From contig CAWDXG010000004.1 in assembly GCA_963806225.1 (NCBI GenBank), positions 960,001 through 1,024,000 of the forward strand: DNA of 64,000 bases, in the 5' to 3' direction. Origin of the DNA: an uncultured delta proteobacterium (GTDB lineage Bacteria > Myxococcota_A > Polyangia > Polyangiales > Polyangiaceae). This document shows positions 1 to 11,987 of the stretch, piece by piece; position 1 is the stretch's first letter; each line of letters begins with the position of its first letter. A program made the translations under genes and the position numbers. The notes beneath the pieces were generated by a model, which worked only from the letters and a program-made list of their open reading frames with translations, ran no database searches and had not been told where the DNA came from.

Positions 1-2140
1 CAGCAGGTCGCCGAGGCTGCCTGGGCCTGCGCCGATCCCGGCGTGCAGTACGACACCACCATCAACCGCTGGCACACCTGCCCGAACACGGGCCGCATCA
101 ACGCGTCGAATCCGTGCTCGGAGTACATGTTCCTCGACAACACGGCCTGCAACCTCGCGTCGCTGAACCTGACCAAGTTCCTGCGCGAGGACGGCAGCTT
201 CGACGTGGACGGCTACCGCCACGCGATCGAGCGTGTTCTTCACGGCGCAGGAAATCCTCGTGGATTTCTCCAGCTACCCGACGCAGGCCATCGCGCAGAA
301 CTCGCACGACTACCGTCCGCTGGGGCTCGGCTACGCCAACCTCGGCACGCTGCTGATGCTGCTCGGCATTCCCTACGACTCGGACAAGGGTCGCGCGGTG
401 GCCGGCGCGCTCACCGCCATCCTGTGCGGCCACGCCTACGCGACGAGCGCGAAGATGGCCGGGAGCAAGGGGCCGTTCCCGGGCTACGCCAAGAACCGCG
501 AGCCGATGCTGCGCGTGATGCGCATGCACCAGGAGGCGGCCTACGCCATCAACCGCGACGAGTGTCCCGAAGCGCTGTGGCGCGCCGCCTGCGAGGACTG
601 GGACGACGCCGTCAAGCTCGGCGAGCAGCACGGCTACCGCAACGCGCAGGCCACGGTGCTCGCACCCACCGGCACCATCGGCCTGCTTGATGGACTGCGA
701 CACCACCGGCATCGAGCCCGACTTCGCCCTGGTGAAGTTCAAGAAGCTCGCCGGCGGCGGCTACTTCAAGATCGTCAACCAGTCGGTGCCCGCTGCGCTC
801 GCGCAAGCTCGGCTACTCCGAAGCTCCAGATCCGCGAGATCGTCGCCTACGTGTCCGGCACCAACACGCTGCTCGGCGCACCGCACGTCGGTCGCGCGGC
901 AGCTCAAGCAGCGCGGGCTGACGGACGAGGACCTGGCAAAGGTCGAGCAGGCTATCCCCGGCGTGTTCGATCTGAACCTGGCGTTCGCGCCGTGGGTGCT
1001 CGGCAAGGAGACCTACGAGCGGCTCGGCGTCGACGCGGAGCAGCATGAGCCAGCCCGGCTTCAATCTGCTCAAGCACCTCGGCTTCAGCGCAGCGCAGAT
1101 CGCAGGAAGCCAACGACGTCATCGTCGGTCGCATGACGATCGAGGGCGCGCCCTACCTCGAGGACGAGCACTACGCCGGTCTTCGACTGCGCCAACCGCT
1201 GCGGCCGCACGGGCCGGCGCTTCCTGGCGCCCATGGCGCACGTCAGGATGATGGCGGCCGCGCAGCCGTTCCTGTCGGGCGCCATCAGCAAGACCGTCAA
1301 CCTGCCGAACGAGGCGACGGTGGACGACGTGCGCGAGATCTACGAGGAGGGCTGGAAGCTCGGCCTCAAGGCGGTGGCGCTCTATCGCGACGGCTGCAAG
1401 GCCTCGCAGCCGCTGTCCACGAGCAACAAGGAGCAGGACGAGAAGGAAAGCAGCCTGGCCACCTCCGCCGCGGCGGCGCCGGTGCCCGCAGCGCTGGTCC
1501 GCCCGGAAGGCGAGCGCGTGCGGCTTCCCAAGAAGCGCAGCGGCTTCACGCAGGAAGCGCAGCGTCGGCGGACACAAGGTGTTCCTGCGCACGGGCGAGT
1601 ACGAGGACGGGTCGCTGGGCGAGATCTTCATCGACATGCACAAGGAGGGCGCTGCCTTCCGCTCGCTGATGAACTGCTTCGCCATGGCCGTGTCCGTCGG
1701 CCTGCAGTACGGCGTGCCGCTCGAGACCTACGTCGAGCAGTTCACGTTCACCCGCTTCGAGCCGCACGGCGTGGTCGCAGGACCATCCGAACATCAAGTT
1801 CGCGACCTCGATCGTCGACTACATCTTCCGCGTGCTCGGCGTGGAGTACCTGCAGCGCTACGACTTCGCGCAGGTGAAGCCCGCCGAAGCGCCTGCCAGC
1901 ATCGACGATCCCACCGGGCCGAGCCTGATGGCGCCCGAGAGCACTCCCCCCGCACTGCCCGCGGCGGAGCCGGTCAGCGCCAACGCGAGCTCGGGCACGG
2001 ACATGCACGGAGCGCTCAGCGCACAGCTGGAAGAGATGATGGGCGACGCGCCGGTGTGTGACTCGTGCGGACACATCACCGTGCGCAACGGCGCCTGCTA
2101 CAAGTGCCTGAACTGCGGCAACTCCATGGGCTGCAGCTAG
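1..2140 (+). CDS. nrdJ: Class II (adenosylcobalamin-dependent) ribonucleotide reductase with C-terminal TSCPD/Zn-ribbon region; 5' end outside the window; multiple frameshifts
   Basis: Motifs spread over successive frames: [69 protein letters not shown]-terminal CDSCG...[11 protein letters not shown]; stop TAG at 2140. Confidence 0.93.
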
Positions 2141-2343
2141 GGCCGCGTGCCGCCCGGAGGTCCTCCACATGGCAGGACCCCGGCGGCTCCGCAGGCCCCG
2201 GCCGCTGACGCCAACTTGCTGGAATCACAAGACAAAGCAGGGACCGGCGAGTGGACTGAAAGCTCGCCGCCAGGCAGCGCGTTGTCGGGGGTGGAAGGCA
2301 ACGCGCTGTGCATTTCTCTCGTTGGTCTAGTAAAACGGGCGCC

Positions 2344-2844
2344 ATGAGACGCGACGCGAAGGGCAGGCTCCTTCTGACCACCGGGGTTCTCCTGGTGGCC
2401 TTGGCAGGCTGCAAGAAGAAGTCCGACGACGCCGCGCCCGCAGCGTCACAGGTGGCGCTGCCCTCTGCTGCGCCGGCCGCATCGATCGCGCCCGCGACGG
2501 AGCCGAGCGACACCGCCCAGGCTTCCGCCTCTGCTGCCGCTCCGTCGGCGGCACCGACGCCCGCGGCGGCGGCAGCGGCTGCCCCGAAGGCCACGGCGTC
2601 TGCCGAGCCGGCGAAGGCGGTGACACGCACCGCCAACACGGGCTACCTCACCATCCAGCGCTGCTGCAACGCGCTGGCGGCCGCAGCCAAGAAGCCGGGA
2701 CTGAAGCACAACAGGTACCAGGCCGCCGCTGCGGTGTGTTCAGGCATCGCCGCCCAGGCCAAGAAGGGCAACGCCAATCCGGCGGCAGCGCGCACCACCA
2801 TCCGTGCACAGCTGCAGGGCGTCCCGGTGCCGGGTGGTTGCTGA
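2344..2844 (+). CDS. Lipoprotein with Ala/Pro linker and C-terminal 4-Cys helical domain
   Basis: Lipobox LAGC-KKK; C-terminal RCCNALAAAA...AAAVCSGIA...VPGGC. Confidence 0.8.
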   Translation: MRRDAKGRLLLTTGVLLVALAGCKKKSDDAAPAASQVALPSAAPAASIAPATEPSDTAQASASAAAPSAAPTPAAAAAAAPKATASAEPAKAVTRTANTGYLTIQRCCNALAAAAKKPGLKHNRYQAAAAVCSGIAAQAKKGNANPAAARTTIRAQLQGVPVPGGC

Positions 2845-2908
2845 AACTCCACGGGGACATCAAACTGGAAAGCTGACGCGGGCACTCTCGCCCGTTCGGA
2901 GGACCGCG

Positions 2909-3355
2909 ATGAAGAACGCTTCGCAACCCACCACCAAGTGGTCGCTGCTCACGCCCGTCATCCTGGGGCTGGCGCTTCCGGCCGTGGCGGCCACCTACAT
3001 GGGCTGCAAGAAGGACAAGCCCCCTCCGCCGCTGCCCGCAGCACCTTCGGAGACGGCGCCGCCCAAGCAGCTGGTGCTCACTCCGGAAGACGCGGGGGAC
3101 GACGCCGCGGCCGATGCGGACGCCGACGCCAAGAAGGTCACCGGCCACTACGTGCCCAAGAGCAGCCTGGCGAATTGCTGCGCAGCGCTCAGCCAGAACG
3201 CACAGAGCGCGCCGGATCCGATGACGAAGACCTACATGTTGCAGGCCGCCGGCATCTGCAGCGCCATGGCCGCCCAGGGCAAGAGCAAGAACGCCGCGCT
3301 CGGCGCCATCCAGGGCGCGCTCAAGGGCGCGGGCCTGCCGTCCGCCTGCCGCTGA
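2909..3355 (+). CDS. Lipoprotein paralogous to the upstream gene (4-Cys domain)
   Basis: GGAGG RBS; signal peptide then MGC-KK; NCCAALSQNA...AAGICSAMA...LPSACR. Confidence 0.8.
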   Translation: MKNASQPTTKWSLLTPVILGLALPAVAATYMGCKKDKPPPPLPAAPSETAPPKQLVLTPEDAGDDAAADADADAKKVTGHYVPKSSLANCCAALSQNAQSAPDPMTKTYMLQAAGICSAMAAQGKSKNAALGAIQGALKGAGLPSACR

Positions 3356-3374
3356 GCAGGCGCGGGCCGGAACA

Positions 3375-3396
3375 GCGCCCCGGAACGCCGGGGCGC
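3375..3396. terminator. GC-rich hairpin between convergent genes
   Basis: GCGCCCCGG-AACG-CCGGGGCGC; no long U-tract. Confidence 0.45.
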
Positions 3397-3398
3397 CT

Positions 3399-4404
3399 TC
3401 AACCGGCGAGGTGGTCGAAGCCACCCCGCAGCTTGCGGGCTGCGCGGCCTGGCTCTTCGAGCACTGCGCCCTCACCCGCCTCGACGCGCCCGATCACGCG
3501 GACCCAGCGGGGTCGTTTGGCGCGCGGTCCGGTCGCCAGCAGGGCGTAGTCCTCGCCGCCCTCGAGTGCGAGCGCAAGCGCGTCCCGGCCGAGCAGCTCC
3601 GCAACGCGCGAGAGCTCGTCGGATAGTGCGAGCGCCAGACGCGGCTTGTCGATCACGATGCGCACGCCGCTCGCCTCGGCCAGGTGCCCAGCGTCCCCGG
3701 ACAGGCCGTCGGAGATGTCGATGCCTGCGTGGGCACGGTCGCGAAGCGCGCGGCCCCTGGAAATCAGCGCACGCGGCCGTCGCCAGGCCTCGACGCAGCG
3801 CTCCTGGGCCTCGGCGGCACGCCGGGTGCGCTGCATCCGCGGCCCCTGGGACAGGATCAAGAGGCCCGCCCGCGCCAGCCCCACGTCGCCCACCAGCCAC
3901 AGCTCGTCACCCGGACGCGCGCCGCTGCGACGGATCGGCCGCGGCACCTCGCCCAGCACGGTGGTGGTGACGCCCAGCTCTGAACCGCGCGAGATGTTGC
4001 CGCCAACGATCGGACAGCTTGAGCTGGCGCGACGCCTCGGCCTGCCCCTGACCCAGCTCGCGGAGCTCGCGTTTCGCGATCCGGGACGGCACGACGAGGC
4101 TCGACAGCGCCGCCAGCGGTTGCGCGCCCATCGCGGCCAGGTCGCTCGCCGCAGAGTTCAGGGAACGGAAACCAACGTCGGCCAGCGACAGGAAGCGGCG
4201 GTCGAAGTGGACGTTCTCGATGCACACATCCACCGTCCACACCAGCCGATCGCGCCCGGGAGCAATCACGGCGGCGTCGTCGCCGATCCCCACCTCGATC
4301 CGCCGCCCGCGCGAACTGCCCCCGGCGAACAGCTCGCTCAAAAGAGCGATGGCCGCGCGTTCGCTTCCAGCGCCCGTGCCGCGCCTTGATGCCTTGCCTG
4401 CCAT
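3399..4404 (-). CDS. thiL: Thiamine-monophosphate kinase (frameshift near 4015)
   Basis: GIGDDAAV, ENVHF, SDLAAMGA, DISDGL, GGEDY motifs. Confidence 0.92.
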
Positions 4405-4408
4405 CGAC

Positions 4409-5828
4409 TCAGGAGAGCGTGGCGCGACGGCACGGAATGGTCACCACGAACACCGCGCCATGCGGCGTGTTGTCCTCGATGTGCACTGTGCCATCGTGTC
4501 CGTCGACGAGTCGCTTGACGATCGACAGGCCCAGCCCCGTGCCCCCCTGCTCGCGCGTCGAGCTCGAATCGACCTGGTAGAACGCGTCGAAGACGCGCTG
4601 GCGCTCGGTTTCGGGGATCCCGATCCCCGTGTCGGCCACGCGCAGCTCGAGTGCCGGGCGCCGGCTCGACAAGAGCACGACAGCGTCTCCGTCGGCGTCG
4701 GGCGCCTCCATCAGCGTGTGGCCCAGCGACAGCGTGACGCGGCCTTTCTCGGGGGTGAACTTGATGGCGTTCTCGGTCAGGTTCAACAGCACCTGGCGCA
4801 ACCGGTCGGCGTCCGCCCAGAGCAGCGGCAGACCACCGTCGATGTTGACCTCGATCTCGACGCCCTTCTTGCGTGCCGCGGGGGTCAGCAGTCTGCGCCA
4901 CGTCCTCGACGATCGGTCCGACGTCGATGCTGGCCTTGCGCAGGCTCATCGTGCCGCTCTCGAGCTTGGACAGATCCAGAAGGCCCTTGATCAGCTCCAG
5001 CAGCTGTTCGCCCTTCTCGCGGATGGTGCCGACGAACTCGCCCTGTTCCCCGGTGAGATCCCCGGCGATTCCCTCGGCGAGCATCTCGCTGTAGCCGATG
5101 ATGGACGTGAGCGGCGTGCGGAGCTCGTGGGACACGGTCGCCAGGAAGTTGCTCTTCAGACGGTCCAGCTCCTTGAGCCGGTCGAAGGCCTCCTGCAGGT
5201 GGGCGTTCTTCTGCTCCAGCTCGCGGAAGCTCTCGCGCACCGCAGCCAGATGCATGTTGCTCGTGAGCAGCGCCTTGTGACCGCTGAACAGGATCAGATC
5301 CAGCGCGCTCTTCAGGTGGCGCGCGATACGCGCGACGGTGTCCTCCCTGGCGCGGGGCATTTCCGCCATCAGGTGTTTGACCTTGGCGGCGTCGATGGCC
5401 GGATCGAGATCGAGCACCGCCCTGGGAGCTTCGTCGAGCTTCGGAGGCAGGAACGGGCCGAGGATCATCCGCCCGAGCTGCCGCCCGTCGTAGCTGATGG
5501 ACGTGATCTGGTAGATCGCGCCGGTCAGGCACCGGTGGGTCGCTTCGCCATCGACACCGGGATTGATGTTCTTGACGCTGTCGACGACTTCGGACAGGGC
5601 GCGTCGACCGTTGCGGAAGGTGTTGAGGTAGGTGAAGAGGGCCTGCTGTTCGCTGGCGTCCGCCAGGATCAGGCCCTCGTCGTTGAAGATGCGCAGCGGC
5701 ACCCGGAAAAGCCCGTAGAAGCTCTGGACCATCTCGCCGAGGGCTTCGCGATCGACGAGCTCCTCGAGCCGGATGTCGCCACCCAGCATCAGCGAGTCGA
5801 GGTTCCGCTCGGGGGCCGGGTTGGTCAC
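4409..5828 (-). CDS. Cytoplasmic histidine kinase with N-terminal PocR-like sensor (frameshift near 4890)
   Basis: H-box FLATVSHELRTPL, N-box NLTENAIKF, DTGIGI, GGTGLGLSIV; N-terminus LEELVD...IFNDEG...CLTG...LGRMILGPF resembles PocR; no TM segment. Confidence 0.88.
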
Positions 5829-6553
5829 GGCACAGCCTCCGGCCTGAGCACGTCCAGCGCACCGCCTACGCAGTCGCCGAGCAGCTCCGGCACAGGACGG
5901 GTCTGGCCCAGACTCCTCGCAACCTGCGCCAGGAATGCGTCGGAGTCGAAGCCGAACTTGCGGTTGAGATCGTGCTCGGCGTCGAGCGCGCTCCAGGTCA
6001 GATGCAGTAGACCGATGAAGCTCTCCACGACGCCATCCCCCCGCGTAGCCACCGCGAGATAGGTGGGCTCGCGGCCCTGTGCCGCAAGTCGGGCGATCTC
6101 GTCGTCTTTGCGGATGCCCGCCAGATCGCGCTTGTTGAACTGGATGACGAGCGGCATCTGCTTGAGATTGAGGCCGTTGGACTTGAGGTTCTCCTTCAGG
6201 TCCATGAACGACTCGGCGTTGTGCTGCGTCTCCTGGATCTGCGAGTCGGCGATGAACGCGATGCCGTCGGCCCCCTGCACGACCAGCCGTCGGGTCGAGG
6301 CATGGATGACCTGGCCGGGCACGGTGAACACCTTCAAACGGACAGCCAGCCCCCCGGCGTCGCGGAACGTCAGCGGCAGCAGATCGAAGAACAGCGTCCG
6401 GTCGTCGCGGGTTTCCAGCGTCATCAGGCGCCCGCTGGCCGACGGATCGGCCGCCTTGTGCAGCGCCTGCAGATTCGTGGTCTTCCCGCTGAGCGCGGGA
6501 CCGTAGTAGACGAGCTTGATCGTGAGCTCACGCGCGGCGAAATCCAGCTGCAC
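5825..6553 (-). CDS. MglA-family small Ras-like GTPase
   Basis: KLVYYGPALSGKTTNL, DRTLFFD, TVPGQ, NKRD; stop overlaps the kinase GTG start. Confidence 0.9.
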   Translation of the reverse strand: MQLDFAARELTIKLVYYGPALSGKTTNLQALHKAADPSASGRLMTLETRDDRTLFFDLLPLTFRDAGGLAVRLKVFTVPGQVIHASTRRLVVQGADGIAFIADSQIQETQHNAESFMDLKENLKSNGLNLKQMPLVIQFNKRDLAGIRKDDEIARLAAQGREPTYLAVATRGDGVVESFIGLLHLTWSALDAEHDLNRKFGFDSDAFLAQVARSLGQTRPVPELLGDCVGGALDVLRPEAVP

Positions 6554-6730
6554 GGCACCTACCTCGGGTGGGACTGCCGCAGCGGACTACCGCCCGGGAG
6601 TGTGGGGAGGGGCTCGAAGCGGATCTGCACGAATGCCGGAGGTTAGCGCAGCCGGCGACAGGAAACCAAGCCCGGAGGCAAAGCCGGGCGCTCGGCGCGC
6701 CGCGCGCTCTTTCGGTATCATGCGCGGGCC

Positions 6731-7805
6731 ATGAGCCACGCCCTCGTGCTCCTATGGCTCGGGACCAACGCCGCCCGGGCGGCTCACCAGCCGGATCTCG
6801 ATTCCTGGCAGCGCGCTCACCAGATCGCGATCGAGGCGCCCGCTCCGGACTGCCCGGCCGGGCCCAGCTACGATCCTGCGCTGGTCGGACGCATCGAGAA
6901 GCTCCTCGACGAAGCGCGCATCCTGGCAGGCTCGCTGGACGAGAAGACGGCACTGGCACGGCTCGGCAGGGTCGACCGGCTGCTCCACGCCCATCCGGAG
7001 CTACCGCAAGCTGCCTGGCTCATGGCCGAACGACTCGACGATCGAAGCCGACGTCTTCGATCGCCGCGCCGACGGATCCGCACGCGCTGCCGATTTGCGA
7101 CGGCGCGCCCGCTCGCTCGAGGGTCGCCGTGCGCAGTCGTACACGACGGCGACCGAGACGCACGAAGCGGACCGGAGCGGCGCAAGAGCCCGTCCTGCGG
7201 TTCCGCCCGCTGCGCGGCCCGCCGCGCTGGCTCCGCCTGCTGTCGAACACCTCGCCGCCGAGGGGCTCGTGCACGGCGACCGGCTCTACGTCGACGGACG
7301 CCGCGTCGCGGGACGGCTAGCGCTGGCTCCGGGCGAGCACCACGCGCGCGTAGTGCGCCGCAGCCGCGCGGTGTGGGCCGGCTGGGTCCGGGTGACGGCG
7401 GGAGACACCGCGCTCGATCTGCCGGTCCCTGCACCCGTCGCGTGCAGCCTCGACGACCTGGGCGGCACGCAGCTGCGCGCGGGGCGGGTCGTGGTGCCGT
7501 CGCATGTGCGCTGCCGCCACTGGGCCGTCGCCGTACCCTCGGCTCACGCGGACGGCGTTCGCGTGGCCACCTGCCACGGCGCGAGCTGCGGGCCACCGCT
7601 CGGCTGGCAGAGGGAGTTCGGTCGCGACTTCGCGGGGCCCGTACAGCCGACCGCGCACCACCGTTGGCCGACCTGGGCCACGTATCTTCTGACGGGCGTC
7701 GGCGTCGCGGCCACCGCCGGCATTGTCATGTGGCGCAGCGGCGCCTTCGACCAGCCGGGCGCGCCCCGTACTGTGTGGAAATACCAGGCGCCGCTGCGCT
7801 TCTAG
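6731..7805 (+). CDS. Hypothetical membrane-anchored protein, PEGA-like middle region (frameshifts near 7040-7100)
   Basis: Coding-like frames 6731-7040 and 7095-7805; LYVDG...[11 protein letters not shown]-terminal TM segment [20 protein letters not shown]. Confidence 0.6.
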
Positions 7806-9222
7806 CAGCCGGACTGGCCCTGCGAGCGCCAGCGGCTGCGCGCTTCGCCGATCGCCTCGGCGACGCGGCGCTTGGCGGGACCGCCGGGCAGATCGCGACG
7901 CTCCACCGCCTGTGAAGGGTCCAGCACGGACGCGATCGCGTCGCCGGCAAGCGACGCGTGCGCCGCCGACAGCACGTCCGCCGGCAGCTCGCCCAGCTGC
8001 ACGCCGCGCTGCTCGGCGTCACGCACCAGTTGCCCCACGACGTGGTGAGCCTCGCGGAAGGGCAGCCCCTGCTGCACGAGGAAATCGGCGAGATCCGTGG
8101 CGCACAGATGACCGCCATCGAGCGCGGCGCGCATGCGATCGGCATTGAACGTCGCCGTCGCGATCGCGCCGCGTCAGCGCCCGCGAGCGAGCAGAGCGCG
8201 CTATCGACTGCGTCGAAGATCGGCCGCTTGTCTTCCTGCAGGTCGCGTCCGTAACCGAAGGGCAGAGCCTTTTCCAGAACCAGGAGCGTCGTGGCCGACC
8301 CGACCAGGCGCGCCGCCCTGCCCCGCACCAGCTCGCCCACGTCCGGGTTCTTCTTCTGCGGCATCATGCTGGAGCTGGTCGAGAACGCGTCGCTGAGCGT
8401 CAAGAAGCCGAACTCCTGGCTCGACCAGAGCACGATCTCCTCGCCGATGCGCGACAGGTGGACCCCGAGGATCGCGAGGGCCGACGCGACTTCCATCAGA
8501 AAATCGCGGCTGGCGGTCGCGTCGATCGAGTTCTTCATCGGGCGCTCGAAGCCAAGCTCGGCCGCCACGCCCTCGCGATCGAGCGGGAAACCGCTCCCGG
8601 CGACCGCGCCGGCTCCCAGCGGGGACTCGTTCAGCCGCTCGAGCGCGTCCTCTAGCCGGCCCCGATCGCGCCACAGCATCTCCTGCCAGGCCATCAGGTG
8701 GTGCGACAGACGGCTCGGCTGCGCGCGCTGCAGGTGCGTGTACGCCGGCATCAGCGTTTCCAGCTCCGCCTCGGCACGCTCGATGATCGCGAGCGCCAGC
8801 GCGTCGAGCGCCGCGAGCGCCTCGCGCACGCGGGCGCGCGTCCAGAGCCGCAGATCGGTCGCCACCTGGTCATTGCGTGAGCGGCCCGTGTGGAGCTTGC
8901 CGCCGACGGGCCCGCAGATCTCGATCAGGCGGGCCTCGATGTTCATGTGGACGTCCTCCTTTTCGGGATCCCACTTCATCTCGCCGCGCTCGATCTCGCG
9001 GGCGACGCGCTCGAGCCCGCTGACCAGCTGCGCCGCTTCTTCTTCGCTGATCACGCCGGCGCGCGAGAGCCCGCGGGCGTGGGCCATGGAGCCCTGGATG
9101 TCCTCGCGCCACAGCTCGCGGTCCACGTCGACGCTGGTGTTGAGCCGCTGCATCGCCTGGTCGACCGCCGCCGGCAGCCGGCCACCCCGCGCACCGCCCT
9201 GCCCCGTCTCTGCACCGCTCAT
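7802..9222 (-). CDS. argH: Argininosuccinate lyase (frameshift near 8175)
   Basis: [49 protein letters not shown]. Confidence 0.95.
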
Positions 9223-9229
9223 GCGCTGC

Positions 9230-11024
9230 TTATGACACGCTGTCGCTCGCTCCGGAAGCGGCGACGGGCTCGGCGTCGAAGGAGCGTCCGAGCGCGTCGC
9301 GGAGCTCGCCGAGGCGCGCCAGCACGGCGGCCAGGCGCTCGGCATCGCGGTCGCACGCGGCCCTCTCGGCGTCGATGTCGGCAGCGCCGTCGGCCCGCTC
9401 CCGGCGAACCGCCTCGAGCACCTCGATGATCTCGCGATGCAGCTCCTGGCCCGCAGTCACCACCCAGGCGTCCAGCCGCTCGGCAAAACCGTCGACCATC
9501 TCGTCGATCTTCGGCGCCACCTTGGCCGCCGCGTCACGCAGCACGACGGGAGCGAGCTCGAGCGCCCGCTTGCGCACCTCGTGCTGCGCGCGGTCCTTGC
9601 TGTACAGGGCCAGCACCGGCGCGGCGACCAGCAGGATGCCGCCGAGCATCGCGTTCGCGAACAGCACGCCGAGCCCCACGCTCAGCACCGCGAACACGCC
9701 GACGTCGTAGGCGAAGGTGTCGACGTCGATCGACGGGCGTCGTGAGATCGCCGCCCATCGCCTCGCTCAGACGCTGCCCGGCGTCGTGCGCGTCGTCGCG
9801 CACCAGCGCGACCATGCGCTCGGCCAGCTGCTCGAGCGACTGGGCGATCTCGTCCGTCTCGGCCTTGGCCCAGTCGCGGAACGACTGCTCGAGGAACGCG
9901 CCCAGGTGCTGCTTCAGCTCGTCCGCCGAGGCGCGCTCGACGATGGCGGGCAGCTGCCGCACCACGTCGTCACAGAAACGGTCCAGATCGCGGCGCGCCC
10001 AGGCCTTGATGGCGCCGGACTCCTCGCGGATCGCCAGCCGCCGCTTCTCGATGGTGTCCGCGTGGCCCGCCAGGTCCCGCGCCAATAGTTCGATGCGACG
10101 CGGCGAGCTGCTTCAGCGCTCATGCGTGGCCGCGCGGCGCCGCGCGTCGATGCCGCGCCCGAGCACGCCGGCGGCGGCCGTGCCCTCGCCCAACGCGTTC
10201 TCGAGCACGATGCGGCCGCGCTCCTCGGCGAGAAAGCGCGTCAGATGCTCGACCAGAGCCGGCAGCCCGCTCTCCTGCGCGCGGCCGGCCAGCGCTGCCT
10301 GGGCGCTCAGTGCGAACACCGGCGGGTCCTCGACCAGCTCGCCGAGCTGGGCGCGGACGTACTGCACGGCCTCGCCCTGTTCCTCCGCCGACCAGATGTC
10401 CGTCTTCGCCACCACGAACACGACCTTGTCGCGGTTCTTTCCGATGATCTGTTTTTCGAGAAACTGCCGCTCGCTCTCCTTGACGGGCTGCCCGGCGTCG
10501 AGCACGAACAGCACCGCGTCGGAGCGCGGGATGTAGTCGTAGGTGATCTCGGCGCGCGTGAGCGACAGGTCGTTCACGCCGGGCGTGTCGACCAGCACGA
10601 CGCGTTCGCGCAGGAGCTCGGCCGGATAGCCCACCTCCAGGTAGCGCACCGGATCGCTGCGCCGTTCGCCCCCAACGGAGAAGCTCTTCACCGCGTCGAA
10701 AGGCAGCAGCTCCTCGTCGCCGGATTCCAGCACGGCCCGCGCGCGCGGCTCGTCGGCGTACACCAGATGGTGGATGACCGCCGTTGTGGGCGTTACGCCG
10801 ACGGGCAGCACCGGCTTGCCGAGCAGCGCGTTCACGAAGGTCGTCTTGCCGTGGTTGAACTCGCCAACCACGACCAGATGGAAGCGATCCGCTTCGAGCT
10901 TCTTCACGACTTCCGAATCGACACGCCCGGCCAGCGAGCGGGCGCCCACGCTTTTGGCGACCTCGCCAAGGCTCTTCAGCGCCTCGATCACCTCGAGCTT
11001 CCTCTCGCGGAACGCGTCGAGCAT
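9230..11024 (-). CDS. Bacterial dynamin-like GTPase with C-terminal hydrophobic hairpin (frameshifts near 10110 and 9735)
   Basis: G1 GEFNHGKTT, G2 PTT, G3 DTPG, G4 AKTD; helical stalk; hydrophobic VFAVLSVGLGVLFANAMLGGILLVAAPVLALY. Confidence 0.88.
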
Positions 11025-11052
11025 CTGTTCCTCCGTCTCCCGGGGGCTGGCG

Positions 11053-11946
11053 TCAGCCGAGCACCTTGATGATGTCGTGCACTTTCTCGTCGACTTCCTG
11101 CATGCTGAGCCCGTCGTCTCCGAGCCCCGCGCGATGCCGGTACAGCTCGCTGTCGCCGAACACGCGCAGCGCCAGCACGCGCTTGGGCAGCCACGGATGC
11201 GTCGAGAAGACCTCGCCGTAGCGGCCGATGCTCTCCTGCGCCTCCTGATGCTGCTCCAGGAACGCCTCGATGTTCAGCTGGTCGTACAGCTTCTGCGAGC
11301 CGAGCGCGAGCTTGGTCAGCGCGCGCAGAGCCACCTCCAGATCGCCGGTGCACAGCGCGCCGGCGCGGTCGCAGGTGATTTCCGCGCGGCGCGACCAGGC
11401 CCTGAGCGCGAGCAGTGCCGGCAGACCCACCGAGCGGACGAACAGCCCCGCCATGTGCGTGAGGTAGTGCAGCGCGGTCAGGTACACGACGTGGTTGTTG
11501 TGGATGTGCCCGCACTCGTGGCCGATGACGCTGGTGAGCTCCTCGTCGGAGAGGTGATCGACGAGCGCGGAGTTCACCATGATGAACGCGTCGTCGTTGG
11601 TGCCGTAGGTCGCGCCATTGAGGTACGGGTTGTTGACCACGTACAGCGTGGGCGTCGCGATGCCGAGCGTCTTCGCGCAGCCCTGGGCGATGGCGTGCAC
11701 TCGCGGGAACTGCCGCGGGCCGACTTTCACCGCGTGACCGAGCAACTCGGCCTTGCCCACGTTCTTGAACAGCCGGACGCCCGCCGCGACGGCGAGCTCT
11801 ACCGGCTTCATGCGCTGGAACGCGTCGCGCGTCGCGCGGTCGGACACGTAGGCATAGGCGTGGGTGTCGTCGTCCACCGCGCCCGGCTGCTGGGCCCGGC
11901 GCTGGCCCACGAAGCCCTCGAAATCCAGCTCTCCGACTCGCGCCAC
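11053..11946 (-). CDS. M48-family zinc metallopeptidase
   Basis: NGATYG, HECGH zinc motif, AEITCDRAG third ligand, STHP. Confidence 0.9.
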   Translation of the reverse strand: MARVGELDFEGFVGQRRAQQPGAVDDDTHAYAYVSDRATRDAFQRMKPVELAVAAGVRLFKNVGKAELLGHAVKVGPRQFPRVHAIAQGCAKTLGIATPTLYVVNNPYLNGATYGTNDDAFIMVNSALVDHLSDEELTSVIGHECGHIHNNHVVYLTALHYLTHMAGLFVRSVGLPALLALRAWSRRAEITCDRAGALCTGDLEVALRALTKLALGSQKLYDQLNIEAFLEQHQEAQESIGRYGEVFSTHPWLPKRVLALRVFGDSELYRHRAGLGDDGLSMQEVDEKVHDIIKVLG

Positions 11947-11987
11947 GGTGTTGTCCCTCGTGATCAGTATTCGCTAGCCCTGGGACG

